64,000 bases of DNA, from positions 3,121 through 67,120 of the forward strand of contig JAFSGD010000017.1 of NCBI GenBank assembly GCA_017434845.1, written 5' to 3'. The notes below the pieces were generated by a model that saw nothing but the letters and a program-made list of their open reading frames with translations, did no database searches and was not told the origin of the DNA. This document shows positions 17,384-26,982 of this stretch, in pieces (the first letter of the stretch is position 1; each line of letters begins with the position of its first letter). The position numbers were made by a program, and so were the translations under genes. This DNA is from Clostridia bacterium (GTDB taxonomy: Bacteria; Bacillota; Clostridia; Oscillospirales; CAG-382).

Positions 17384-18838
17384 TTAATCCTCGAGGAATT
17401 TATCAAGCTTTGGCGCAAGCTCCTTTTTGAAGATGGGAATTGCCTCGCGGCTTATCCAGCTTGACCAATAGGTATAGCCGCCGAGTGTCATCGAACGAGG
17501 GGTTGCAACGTAGTTATAATAGCCGCCGCATTGATCAACGGGAACCGTTTTTGTGCCCGTGAAGCGCGAACGCATCCAAAGCGACATATCAACGAGGCTT
17601 TCGCCGGGCACACCGACGAACAGATAGCCGCAGAAGCGAAGCGCGGGAACGCAGACGGTTACCTTATGGGTTTTGAGCTCCTCGGCGGTGAAGCCGAACT
17701 GCTCGCCGCGGCACATATGCGGAATATGGGTTATGCGCCAACGGTCATCGATAAGGCGTTTTACAACCCAAGGCTCTGCGCCGTCGGCAATCGCTTTATC
17801 GAGTGCCTCCTGAACCGAGACGGATTCATCGTAAAGCTTTGCAATATCGGCATAGTTATCGGGGATATCCTCTTTCATGGGAAGAGTTATTTCGAAGGTT
17901 TCGGTTTTGAAAACCGAATCGGCATCGAGCTTGACCGCCTTTTCGGCAAAAATCTCGCGCATTCTCGAGCCGATGTTCTTCGCAAGGCGCTTGCATTCCT
18001 CGGCGGAGTTTTCGTAGGTTGTTCCCTTGCCGGGGCGGCAATCCTTTTTGGTTGCCAGGTCGGCGCAGGGGCCGTTGATATACATTCCTATACCGCCGAA
18101 TTCCGCCGCCATATCGTCGGCAAGATAGCCCGGCCAATCGTAATCGTAATGATATTCCTTTGCGCGCTCGGGGTTTTCGCTATGCTCGAACAGAACGGCA
18201 ACGTCGGGGTGGGCGGCAAAGCGCGAAACGGTGCCGATAGTTTCGCCTTTTTTGTTTTTGAACATGAAAAGATATGCCATTTGATCGACGTTATTATCGA
18301 AATAAATAGGCGAATCGAATGCGGGAAGCTTTGGCACATAGCCGCGAAGAAGCATTATGTTAGGATCTTGGGTATAGGGTCTTCCCTCTTCATCGAAGCG
18401 GATGCCGCGCCAGACGGTTACACCGCCCAAGCCCTCGACATATTGCTCGCGGTTGAAGGAATAATCCGTGCCCATATCGCATTCGGCGGCATAGACATCG
18501 CATTCCTCGGCAGAGGCGATAAGCTCGTTTACCGTTGCGACCGATTTTTCGATAAGCGCATCCATTGCCTCGCCCGCGATCTGATCATAAAAGGGGGCGG
18601 CATGGACTTGAATTTCATGATACCAAACAGAGTTTACGGGAATGCCGGTTCTTGCGGCAACCTCCCTTCTCCAGCGGTCTGCCTCGCGCGGATAGGTTGC
18701 GTTGAAATCGAACGCGGCGATGAGAACGCGCGCATCACCCGATTCGAGATACATAAACCTACCGTAGAGGTCGGTTCCGTAGGGCCATTCCTGCTTGAAC
18801 GTACCCTTTGTTGACATTTTAGCAAAGCTGCATTTCAT
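17384..18838 (-). CDS. Conserved-looking hypothetical protein (484 aa), function unknown
   Basis: Long ORF with RBS GGTG, 10 nt downstream of the GH35 stop. No motif I can assign. The antisense ORF 17531-18814 was rejected. Confidence 0.75.
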   Translation of the reverse strand: MKCSFAKMSTKGTFKQEWPYGTDLYGRFMYLESGDARVLIAAFDFNATYPREADRWRREVAARTGIPVNSVWYHEIQVHAAPFYDQIAGEAMDALIEKSVATVNELIASAEECDVYAAECDMGTDYSFNREQYVEGLGGVTVWRGIRFDEEGRPYTQDPNIMLLRGYVPKLPAFDSPIYFDNNVDQMAYLFMFKNKKGETIGTVSRFAAHPDVAVLFEHSENPERAKEYHYDYDWPGYLADDMAAEFGGIGMYINGPCADLATKKDCRPGKGTTYENSAEECKRLAKNIGSRMREIFAEKAVKLDADSVFKTETFEITLPMKEDIPDNYADIAKLYDESVSVQEALDKAIADGAEPWVVKRLIDDRWRITHIPHMCRGEQFGFTAEELKTHKVTVCVPALRFCGYLFVGVPGESLVDMSLWMRSRFTGTKTVPVDQCGGYYNYVATPRSMTLGGYTYWSSWISREAIPIFKKELAPKLDKFLED

Positions 18839-18848
18839 TTTCTTGCAC

Positions 18849-20585
18849 CTAACCTATATTATGTTCGGAGACGAGCTCGATAAAGGGCTCGCCCTTGAGA
18901 CCGTCGGATTCGAAAACAACGATCTCGTTTTTGCCTTTTTTAAGAATCGATGCGGGGAGATAAAGGGTTTGCTGAGGGCCGATCTCCCAATATCTGCCCA
19001 AATTGAAGCCGTTGACGGTTACGAAGCCCTTTTTGAAGCTTTCGAGCTTAACGAAGGTATCGCACGGGATTTCGATTTCGAAGCTTCCGCGGAAGAACAC
19101 CGAGCTTTCGGCGGGCATTTCGGTTGAATAAGCAACTTTTTCAAGGTTATCCATAGGAAGCGGATAGGCGTTCCAATTGAAATGTATTTTATTATTGAGC
19201 AAGCATCTGCCCGCGATGCCCTTTTTGCGCATCATTTTTGCGCCGAAGTTGGCTCTGCCCATATTTTCGCAAAGAACAGTGAGCACATCGCCCTTCTTTG
19301 CGGTTATATTTACCTGAAGCGATTCGTTGATATAAACAACGCCGGCAAGCTTGCGATTTACGTATACCTGAGCGCGATCGCCGATGGTTTCGAACGACAA
19401 AACGGCGTTTTCATAATCGCGGTTTAGCGTTGTTTGATATGCGATATAGCCATATCCGATACCGTATTTTTCCATGCAAAGCGGAACGTTGGAGAACACC
19501 TTTGAGGATAGATTATTCAAATTATCGAAGATTCCGCCGAACTCGGTGAGCTCTACCCTGCCGTATGCCGCCTTTTTGCGATTTTCGGGAATTGCGGGAA
19601 GCGGCTCGGAAACGTATTTTTGAACGACCTCTCTTATTGCGAGATATTTGGGTGTTATATCGCCGCACTCGGTCAAAAGCGAATCGTAATCATAGCTGGT
19701 TACGTCGGGAAGGAATTTATCTGTATGATTTGCGCCGTTCATGAAGCCGAAATTGGTTCCGCCGATGAACATATACATATTAAGGCTTCCGCGCTCGAGC
19801 ATATCGCCAACGGTTTTCGCATAATCCTCGGCAGAGGTTGTGTGGTGATATTCATCGCCCCATGCATCGAACCAGCCATCCCACATTTCCATGCACATTT
19901 TGGGCATATCGGGATAATAGGTGTCGTGATCCTTAAAGCGATTTTCGACGTCGCTGCCGAAATTAAGCGTTATCAGACAGCCATCGATAGAGCCATCGAG
20001 CATTTCGGCAATGGCGGTTCCGTCGGATGTGAAAAGCGGAACGTTCATGTTGCGGCGGAGATAGCCCTCTTTCAGATAGGCAAGGTATTCCTTATCGTCG
20101 CCGTAATAGCCATATTCGTTTTCGCACTGAAGCATTATTATCGGGCCGCCGTTGGTTGAAAGCAGAGGGCGGATGCGGTTGAAAAGCTCATCGAGATAGC
20201 GGTCGAAATACTTTATATAGGTTGGGTTCGAGCAGCGGATCTCTATATCCTCTTCCGCTTGGATCCACCAAGGCAAGCCGCCGAATTCCCACTCGGCGCA
20301 AATGTAGGGACCGGGGCGCACGATCACCATAAGCCCCTCTTGCTGTGCGGTCTTTATGAATTCGGCTATATCGAGCATTCCGCTAAAATCGAAAACGCCC
20401 TTTTGCTTTTCATGCATATTCCATGCGCAATAGGTTTCAACGCAGTTACAGCCCATTGCACGCATTTTTTTGAAGATATCGCGCCAGGTTTCGGGCAGAT
20501 TGCGAAAATAATGCACCGCGCCCGAAATCAGCTTGACAGGAGAGCCGTCTTTTATGAATTGATTGCCTTTTATTTCAAAAGTCAT
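18849..20585 (-). CDS. GH35 beta-galactosidase
   Basis: GAVHYFR, PGPYICAEWEFGGLPWW and LQCENEYG are the classic GH35 motifs. RBS AAAGGAG. Confidence 0.92.
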   Translation of the reverse strand: MTFEIKGNQFIKDGSPVKLISGAVHYFRNLPETWRDIFKKMRAMGCNCVETYCAWNMHEKQKGVFDFSGMLDIAEFIKTAQQEGLMVIVRPGPYICAEWEFGGLPWWIQAEEDIEIRCSNPTYIKYFDRYLDELFNRIRPLLSTNGGPIIMLQCENEYGYYGDDKEYLAYLKEGYLRRNMNVPLFTSDGTAIAEMLDGSIDGCLITLNFGSDVENRFKDHDTYYPDMPKMCMEMWDGWFDAWGDEYHHTTSAEDYAKTVGDMLERGSLNMYMFIGGTNFGFMNGANHTDKFLPDVTSYDYDSLLTECGDITPKYLAIREVVQKYVSEPLPAIPENRKKAAYGRVELTEFGGIFDNLNNLSSKVFSNVPLCMEKYGIGYGYIAYQTTLNRDYENAVLSFETIGDRAQVYVNRKLAGVVYINESLQVNITAKKGDVLTVLCENMGRANFGAKMMRKKGIAGRCLLNNKIHFNWNAYPLPMDNLEKVAYSTEMPAESSVFFRGSFEIEIPCDTFVKLESFKKGFVTVNGFNLGRYWEIGPQQTLYLPASILKKGKNEIVVFESDGLKGEPFIELVSEHNIG

Positions 20586-20613
20586 GGGAACACTCCTTTG
20601 CCTTGTTTAAAAT

Positions 20614-20642
20614 ATTATACAACCTTTGTTGATAAAATGCAA
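20614..20642 (-). promoter_or_regulatory. Promoter of the GH35 gene
   Basis: On the minus strand: TTGCAT (20642-20637), 17 nt, TATAAT (20619-20614). Confidence 0.6.
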
Positions 20643-20644
20643 TT

Positions 20645-20672
20645 AAAAAAGAGGCTTTTACACCTCTTTTTT
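20645..20672. terminator. Bidirectional A/T-flanked hairpin
   Basis: AAAAAAGAGG-cttttaca-CCTCTTTTTT. Confidence 0.55.
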
Positions 20673-20810
20673 CACAATTATCTTTGATGCGGTAATCATT
20701 CTGCTGCGTCGCGTTTTACGCCCCAGTTAACTTCTTTTCAACCTATTGTCAGCGTAATGTTCTACTTGTGTAATAAGTCTACCATATTTTTACAACTTTG
20801 TCAATAGAAA

Positions 20811-20834
20811 GAGCTGTTCAACTTTGAACAGCTC
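20811..20834. repeat. 24-bp palindrome, copy 1
   Basis: GAGCTGTTCAA-ct-TTGAACAGCTC. The 11-bp arms are perfectly complementary. Confidence 0.9.
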
Positions 20835-20988
20835 TCGATCTGTAGGCAAGGCCTACAGATTGGCAGAGGAAGAGAAACGAAGTTGTTTTTCACGAAATCC
20901 GAGCGTTGGCGTAGAAATCTACGGCAGTCGAAGGATTTTGTGAAAGTGCTTGAAAATACAATATAAATACAAATTCATTATAGTATGC

Positions 20989-21024
20989 AACAACGCTTCC
21001 CGTTTCCGAGAAGCGTTGTTTTTT
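20989..21024 (+). terminator. Orphan plus-strand intrinsic terminator in the aroF-GH35 spacer
   Basis: AACAACGCTTC-ccgtttccga-GAAGCGTTGTT followed by TTTT. No plus-strand gene lies upstream. Confidence 0.55.
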
Positions 21025-21076
21025 CGTTTGAATTGTTATTTCAAGCACGTAAAGAACGAGTTTGTCTTCACTCTGA

Positions 21077-21100
21077 GAGCTGTTCAAATTTGAACAGCTC
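21077..21100. repeat. 24-bp palindrome, copy 2
   Basis: GAGCTGTTCAA-at-TTGAACAGCTC. Identical arms to copy 1, 266 bp away. Confidence 0.9.
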
Positions 21101-21130
21101 TTGATTCTTTTGTTATTTCGTTTTTTGGGT

Positions 21131-22159
21131 TTAAAGCTTTTCGGCAAGCTCGAGAATGAGCTTTTCGGTTTTTTTCCAGCCGAGACAGGGGTCGGTTATG
21201 GATTTGCCGTATACGTGCTCGCCGATTTTTTGAGAGCCATCCTCGATATAGCTTTCGATCATCAAGCCCTTAACGAGCTTTTTGATATCGTTGTTATAAG
21301 CGCGGCTTGAAACTATCTCGTTGGAGATACGAATCTGTTCAAGATAACGCTTGCCCGAGTTATTGTGGTTTGTATCGACGATAACAGAGGGGTTGGAAAG
21401 ACCCGATTTTACATAGAGCTCATAAAGCTTTACGAGGTCTTCGTAATGGTAGTTGGAAACGCTCTTGCCCGCGAAATCAAGATAGCCGCGAAGGATCGCA
21501 TGAGCATAGGGGTTGCCCTCGCTTTTTACCTCCCAGCCGCGATAGATGAAGGTGTGGCTTGCCTGTGCGGCGTGGATGGCGTTCATCATGACCGAAAGGT
21601 CGCCGCCGGTAGGGTTTTTCATGCCGACGGGAACGTCGAGACCGCTTGCGGTGAGGCGGTGCTGTTGGTTTTCGACCGAGCGCGCGCCGATTGCAACGTA
21701 GGCAAGAAGATCGGAAAGATAGCGGTGGTTTTCGGGATAGAGCATTTCGTCGGCGCAGGTGAAGCCATAATCCTTAAGCGCGCTCATGTGGAGCTCACGG
21801 ATAGCGACGATGCCCTTATACATATCGGGCTTTTCATCGGGATCGGGCTGGTGAAGCATTCCCTTATAGCCCTCGCCCGTTGTTCTGGGCTTGTTGGTGT
21901 AGATTCGGGGAATTATAAGAATTTTATCGGAAACCTGATCCTGAACCTTGCGCAGACGCGAGATATAATCGAGAACCGGCTCGCGATGGTCGGCAGAGCA
22001 GGGCCCAATGACGAGAATGAATTTTTCGGATTCGCCCGAGAAGATCGCCTTGATCTCGTTATCGCGCTGTTCTTTAACAGCCGCCATTTCGGGCGTTACG
22101 GGGTAATCCTGCTTTACCTGCTGGGGAATGGGAAGCTTGCGGAAGAATTGCATATTCAT
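21131..22159 (-). CDS. aroF: 3-deoxy-7-phosphoheptulonate (DAHP) synthase, class I
   Basis: GPCSADH and IYTNKPRTTGEGYKGML match AroF/G/H motifs. Start set to ATG 22159 (GAGGT 7 nt upstream). Confidence 0.9.
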   Translation of the reverse strand: MNMQFFRKLPIPQQVKQDYPVTPEMAAVKEQRDNEIKAIFSGESEKFILVIGPCSADHREPVLDYISRLRKVQDQVSDKILIIPRIYTNKPRTTGEGYKGMLHQPDPDEKPDMYKGIVAIRELHMSALKDYGFTCADEMLYPENHRYLSDLLAYVAIGARSVENQQHRLTASGLDVPVGMKNPTGGDLSVMMNAIHAAQASHTFIYRGWEVKSEGNPYAHAILRGYLDFAGKSVSNYHYEDLVKLYELYVKSGLSNPSVIVDTNHNNSGKRYLEQIRISNEIVSSRAYNNDIKKLVKGLMIESYIEDGSQKIGEHVYGKSITDPCLGWKKTEKLILELAEKL

Positions 22160-22169
22160 GATAAGTACC

Positions 22170-23030
22170 TCATGCTTTTTTATCAAATTTCTTGCGGCGG
22201 GCGGTGGAGAGGCGCATCATTTCACGCATTTCTTCACGGTCTCCGTTTTTTATGGTGTTATATAGCTTTTCAAACGACTCGCGGTAGTTATCCATTTCGG
22301 AAAGAAGCGTTTCGCGGTTGGAAAGAAACAGCTCGCTCCACATTTCGTCGTTTATATTCGCAATGCGGGTGAGATCGCGGAAGGAGTCGCCCGTGTAGCG
22401 TTCAAGGTCGGGGGCATCGCAGGCGCACATAAGCGAAACGGCGATGCAATGGGTCAGCTGGGAAAGAAAGGCTATCATTTGGTCATGCTTTTTAGGGCTT
22501 AGAACCGAAATTTCGCGGAAGCCGAGCGTTTCGCCGAGGTCGCCGCAAAGCTCAACGGTATCAAGCGAGTTTTTCTCGGTCGGCACGACAATATAGTTTG
22601 CGTTGCGGAATATTTTTTCATCGGCATATTCGACACCCGCGGTTTCTTTACCCGCCATTGGGTGTGCGGCGATGAATTCAACGCCGTCGGGAAGCATTGC
22701 CTGAATATCGTAAACGATGCATTCCTTAACGCCCGTTACGTCGGTTATAACGGTTTTGGGCTGAATAAGATGGCCGTTTTGCTTTATCCATTCAACGAAA
22801 ACGTGGGGATAAAGCGCAAAAACGATCAGGTTTGCTTCTTTTATAAGCTCGGGGTCAACAAACGCCGAGCCCTTGGTTATAAGATCATGCTCAACGGCAT
22901 AATCGATCGTTGACTGTTTTCTCGTTATTGCGGTTACGTAATAGCCCTGACGGGTCAGGCTTTGTGCATAGCTTCCGCCGAGCAAGCCGAGACCGACGAT
23001 CAGGATTTTTTTGGATTTATCAAGCTTCAT
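22170..23030 (-). CDS. tyrA: Prephenate dehydrogenase
   Basis: N-terminal Rossmann ILIVGLGLLGGSYA and AAHPMAGKE motif. Confidence 0.88.
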   Translation of the reverse strand: MKLDKSKKILIVGLGLLGGSYAQSLTRQGYYVTAITRKQSTIDYAVEHDLITKGSAFVDPELIKEANLIVFALYPHVFVEWIKQNGHLIQPKTVITDVTGVKECIVYDIQAMLPDGVEFIAAHPMAGKETAGVEYADEKIFRNANYIVVPTEKNSLDTVELCGDLGETLGFREISVLSPKKHDQMIAFLSQLTHCIAVSLMCACDAPDLERYTGDSFRDLTRIANINDEMWSELFLSNRETLLSEMDNYRESFEKLYNTIKNGDREEMREMMRLSTARRKKFDKKA

Positions 23031-24225
23031 AAAGAGTTACACCTATATTGAGTTTTTTGAGCGTTTCGAAGAAATCGGGATAGCTTTTCGAAACCGCCTC
23101 TGCGCCGTTTATAACGCCGCCCTTAAGCGTTGCGAGCACGGCAAGCGACATTACGATGCGATGGTCGTTATGACCGCAGAGCTCGCAGGAGGGGGCTTTA
23201 AGCTCGGGGCAGGAAACTGTTACGCGGTTTTCCTCAACCTTAAGCTCTGCACCGAATTTTTTCAGCTCCTGCGCCATAACCTCGGCACGGTCGCTTTCTT
23301 TTATTTTAAGCCTTGCGGTGCCGTTGAACACGGCTTTGCCCTTTACAGCCGCAACCGAAAAGAGAATGGGTGCAAGGTCGGGACAATCGGAAAGATCGAA
23401 TTCACGCTCGCCTTGGTTCATTGCCTTGAAAATATCGCGATAGACGCGGTCGCCCTGAAGCGTTTTTTCGGGAATGCCCGATATTTCGGCGTTTCCGCCG
23501 AGGAAGTTGAGTGCTTCGAGAAAAGCGGCGTTAGAGCAATCGCCCTCAACGAAGGCTTCACGGCTTTGATAGGTTTGGTTGCCGGGTATTATAAAGCTGT
23601 TGCCGCTTCGGATGATATCGATTCCGTAGGAGGAAAGCACGCCGAGAGTTATATCAACGTAAGAGGCGCTTTCGAATTTGCCGATAACGTTGAGCACGCT
23701 TTCGCCCTTAAGCAACGGAAGTGCGAACAGCAAGCCGGTTATGAACTGACTTGAAATATTGCCCGGAATATCATAGTTGCCGCTTTTGAGTCTGCCGCAA
23801 ACGGTTACCGAATTCTCGCCCGTTTCATAAAGAATATTTTGCGATTCGCAAAGCTTTTGATATATTCCGAGCGGACGCTCGAAAAGGCGTGGACTTCCCT
23901 TTAGCGTTATTCTGCTGCCCGAAAGCAGACACAGCGGAAGCATGAACCTTAAGGTACTGCCGCTTTCATCACAGAACAGCTCACATGGGGAGGCATTTGC
24001 GGGATCGAGGCCACCGAGCGACACCCGATCGCCGGAGAGCGAGCATTTTGCGCCGAGAGCCTCGAGGCAGCCGAGCGTTGCTTTGATATCGTTGGAATAA
24101 GCGATTCCGCTTATTTTGGTGCTTTTCGAAAGCGCACCGCAGATAAGCTCGCGGTGGGAAATGCTTTTTGAGGGCGGTGCACACACCGAGCCAAACGCTT
24201 TCGAGGGGGTTATCTCTGCTTTCAT
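23020..24225 (-). CDS. aroA: 3-phosphoshikimate 1-carboxyvinyltransferase (EPSP synthase)
   Basis: PPSKSISHRELI, GSTLRFMLPL and ESDRAEVMAQELKKFG motifs. Confidence 0.9.
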   Translation of the reverse strand: MKAEITPSKAFGSVCAPPSKSISHRELICGALSKSTKISGIAYSNDIKATLGCLEALGAKCSLSGDRVSLGGLDPANASPCELFCDESGSTLRFMLPLCLLSGSRITLKGSPRLFERPLGIYQKLCESQNILYETGENSVTVCGRLKSGNYDIPGNISSQFITGLLFALPLLKGESVLNVIGKFESASYVDITLGVLSSYGIDIIRSGNSFIIPGNQTYQSREAFVEGDCSNAAFLEALNFLGGNAEISGIPEKTLQGDRVYRDIFKAMNQGEREFDLSDCPDLAPILFSVAAVKGKAVFNGTARLKIKESDRAEVMAQELKKFGAELKVEENRVTVSCPELKAPSCELCGHNDHRIVMSLAVLATLKGGVINGAEAVSKSYPDFFETLKKLNIGVTLYEA

Positions 24226-24653
24226 TTATATTTCTCCGATAAATAATCCATGGCTTCGATATAGCCGTTAAAGCCTTTTCCGAAAATGGTTTTTTCGCAA
24301 TATTCACGAACGTAGCTTATCGAGCGGAAGGCTTCTCTTGTTGAAACGTCGGATATATGCACCTCAACAGCGGGAATTGCAACCGCCTTGAGCGCATCGA
24401 GAAGCGCAACGCTTGTGTGGGTATACGCCGCGGGATTTATTACGATACCGTCGAAGCTGTTATAGGCGCTTTGTATCTTATCGACGATCGCGCCCTCGTG
24501 GTTGGACTGAAATATTTCGAGCTCGATCCCCTGCTCTGCGGCATGGGATTTAAGCATATCGCAAAGATCGTTATAGGTCGATCTTCCGTAAACATCGGGC
24601 TCGCGGATGCCCAGCATATTAAGATTCGGGCCGTTGATAACAAGAATTTTCAT
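24222..24653 (-). CDS. aroQ: Type II 3-dehydroquinate dehydratase
   Basis: MKILVINGPNLNMLGIREPDVYG, QSNHEGAIVD and INPAAYTHTS. The ATGA overlaps the upstream stop. Confidence 0.9.
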   Translation of the reverse strand: MKILVINGPNLNMLGIREPDVYGRSTYNDLCDMLKSHAAEQGIELEIFQSNHEGAIVDKIQSAYNSFDGIVINPAAYTHTSVALLDALKAVAIPAVEVHISDVSTREAFRSISYVREYCEKTIFGKGFNGYIEAMDYLSEKYK

Positions 24654-25888
24654 TGATACAGTTCCTTTATTATAAGGTTTGCGTTCTTTTCTGCCGTTCC
24701 TGCGGCTGCAACGCGATAGTCGCAACAAGAGCAATATATGTTATATCGTTCGTTGAAGCGCTTTTCGAGCGCCTCGCGGTTGGAGGAAAGCGGGCGGTTT
24801 GAAGTGGGCACCAGCTCATCGAGCGGTCGGTCGATGAAATATACCCTGCCGTTTTCCTTTAAAAGTGCGATATTTTCGGGGCGCAATATCGCACCGCCGC
24901 CGGTTGAGATTATTTTTGACTGCGTTGCGGAGATCTCTTTGATAATGCTCGATTCGATATCTCGGAACGCCTGCTCACCAAGCTCGGTTATAAGCTCGGC
25001 AGGAGTTTTTTTGTGTTTTTCGGTTATGAGCTCATCGGTATCGAGAAATTCGAAGCCGAGCTTTTCGGAAAGAATCTTTCCGACCGTGGATTTACCGCAT
25101 CCCGGCATTCCGACGAGAACTATATTCTGCTTCGAGGAATAGATCTCGTTATAAATTTCGTTTATGCGCTCTTCGGGAACCGATTTTTCCACGAAGCGCT
25201 CGGCGGCGAACGCCGCCTGTGCAACGAGCATATAAAGACCGCCCGATGCCTTGATGCCTCTTGAATGCGCATCGCAAACAAGCTTGGGACGAAGCGGATT
25301 ATAGACCGCATCTATAACGCCCGAAAGCTTGGGAAAGCTGTTTATATCAACAGCCGAAGCACCTATATTGGGAAACATACCCGAGGGCGTTGTGTTTATG
25401 ATAACGTCGGCATCGGAATGGTGAGCTATCGCTTCTTCATAGGTTATACAGCCATCCTTGCCTGTTCGCGAAACGCGATAGACCTCGTTTGCTTTAAGCA
25501 TATTTGCAGCATAACACGCGGTTTTAGAGGTTCCGCCGCTGCCGAGAACCAAAACCTTTTTTCCCTTTATTTCAACGTTCGCCCTGTTTATCAGCGCACA
25601 AAGACCCGAAAGGTCGGTGTTATAACCAAACAGCTTTCCGTTTTTGTTCACAACGGTGTTGACCGCGCCGATAGCGGCGGCGGTTTCATCGATATGGTCG
25701 AGATAAGGTATTACCGCCTCTTTATAAGGAATGGTTACGTTTATCGCAAGGAAATCTCTTTCGGTCAAAAACCGATGAAGCTCATCCCTTGCAATGGCTT
25801 TAAGCTCATATTCATATCCGAAGAGCTTATTATGTATTTCCGCCGAAAAGCTGTGGCCGACACGCTCGGCGATCAAACCGTATTTCAT
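24650..25888 (-). CDS. aroE/aroK: Fused shikimate dehydrogenase (N) / shikimate kinase (C)
   Basis: N-terminal AINVTIPYKEAV, NTVV, GYNTD and VLGSGGTSK. C-terminal VLVGMPGCGKSTVGK...LDTDELI...ISTGGGA. Start at MKYGLI (ATGA overlap with the aroC stop). Confidence 0.88.
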   Translation of the reverse strand: MKYGLIAERVGHSFSAEIHNKLFGYEYELKAIARDELHRFLTERDFLAINVTIPYKEAVIPYLDHIDETAAAIGAVNTVVNKNGKLFGYNTDLSGLCALINRANVEIKGKKVLVLGSGGTSKTACYAANMLKANEVYRVSRTGKDGCITYEEAIAHHSDADVIINTTPSGMFPNIGASAVDINSFPKLSGVIDAVYNPLRPKLVCDAHSRGIKASGGLYMLVAQAAFAAERFVEKSVPEERINEIYNEIYSSKQNIVLVGMPGCGKSTVGKILSEKLGFEFLDTDELITEKHKKTPAELITELGEQAFRDIESSIIKEISATQSKIISTGGGAILRPENIALLKENGRVYFIDRPLDELVPTSNRPLSSNREALEKRFNERYNIYCSCCDYRVAAAGTAEKNANLIIKELYQ

Positions 25889-26982
25889 AGTGCCAACCAA
25901 TCCGTTCCGTGTCTTTCGGCGAGAAGATCGGCAAGCACAAGCGCGGTTATGCAATCGACAACGATGCGCGCGCGGTGAACGATGCAGGGGTCGTGTCTGC
26001 CTGCCGCCGCCAAGGTTTTATTCTCTTTGGTTATATAATCAACCGTGTTCTGTTCGCGCGATATGGTGGGCGTGGGTCTTATTGCGCAACGGAAGATCAC
26101 CGGCATTCCGTTGGTTATGCCGCCGTTGATTCCGCCGCTGTTGTTGGTTGACGTGAAAACGCTTCCGTCCTTCGCGAAGAAGGGGTCGTTTGCCTGCGAG
26201 CCGAGCATTTCGGTAATTGCAAAGCCCGCACCGAACTCGACGCCTTTAACGGCGGGAACCGAGAACAATGCATGGGAAAGCAAACTTTCGACAGAATCGA
26301 ACCAAGGCTCACCCAAGCCCGCCTCTAAGCCGACAACCGCTGTTTCGAGCACACCGCCGAGGCTGTCGCCGCTTGAACGTGCGGACAATATCTTATCCTG
26401 CATGGCAACCGATGCGTTTTCGTCGAGAACGGCGAAAGGAAGAGTTGAGAGCGTTTTTATATCAGCGCCGATATCGCCGAATTCGCGGTCGGAAATTCCG
26501 CCGCAACGCTTTATATGAGTTCCGACGGTTATGCCCTTTGCCTCAAGCGCTTTCAGAAGGATTCCGCCTGCGGCAACGACAGCCGCGGTTATTCTGCCGC
26601 TGAAATGTCCGCCGCCGCGGTGATCCTGAAAGCCGCGGTATTTTACGTTTGCGGTATAATCGGCATGCGAGGGGCGCGCAAGATGCGCCATTTCGCCGTA
26701 ATCGCCGGAGCGCGTATCTTTATTCGGAATTACTATACAGATCGGTGTTCCGGTTGTATAGCCGTTGAAAACACCGCTTTCTATTACGAATTCATCAGCC
26801 TCGCGCCGCGAGGTTGAGATTGCGCCTGCAGGGCGGCGAAGCGAAAGAAGCGCTTTGATATATTCTTCGTCAACGCAAATTCCGGGAGCGATGCCGTCGA
26901 GCACACAGCCGATAGCATTGCCGTGGCTTTCGCCGAATATTGTTAGAGTTATTTTAGAGCCGAAGGTGTTTTTCATTAGCAA
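25885..26982 (-). CDS. aroC: Chorismate synthase
   Basis: FGESHG, LARPSHADY, RGGGHFSGR and GRHDPCIV motifs. Confidence 0.92.
   Translation of the reverse strand: MLMKNTFGSKITLTIFGESHGNAIGCVLDGIAPGICVDEEYIKALLSLRRPAGAISTSRREADEFVIESGVFNGYTTGTPICIVIPNKDTRSGDYGEMAHLARPSHADYTANVKYRGFQDHRGGGHFSGRITAAVVAAGGILLKALEAKGITVGTHIKRCGGISDREFGDIGADIKTLSTLPFAVLDENASVAMQDKILSARSSGDSLGGVLETAVVGLEAGLGEPWFDSVESLLSHALFSVPAVKGVEFGAGFAITEMLGSQANDPFFAKDGSVFTSTNNSGGINGGITNGMPVIFRCAIRPTPTISREQNTVDYITKENKTLAAAGRHDPCIVHRARIVVDCITALVLADLLAERHGTDWLAL

Noticed and set aside
17531-18814. 427-aa plus-strand ORF
   Set aside because: It is a shadow ORF opposite the 484-aa minus-strand gene, which has an RBS and operon context with GH35. 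The plus-strand product is Gly/Ala/Ile-rich with no start context.
20890-21147. 85-aa minus-strand ORF in the aroF-GH35 spacer
   Set aside because: It overlaps the aroF stop and the palindrome and terminator structures, has no RBS, and its product is low-complexity.
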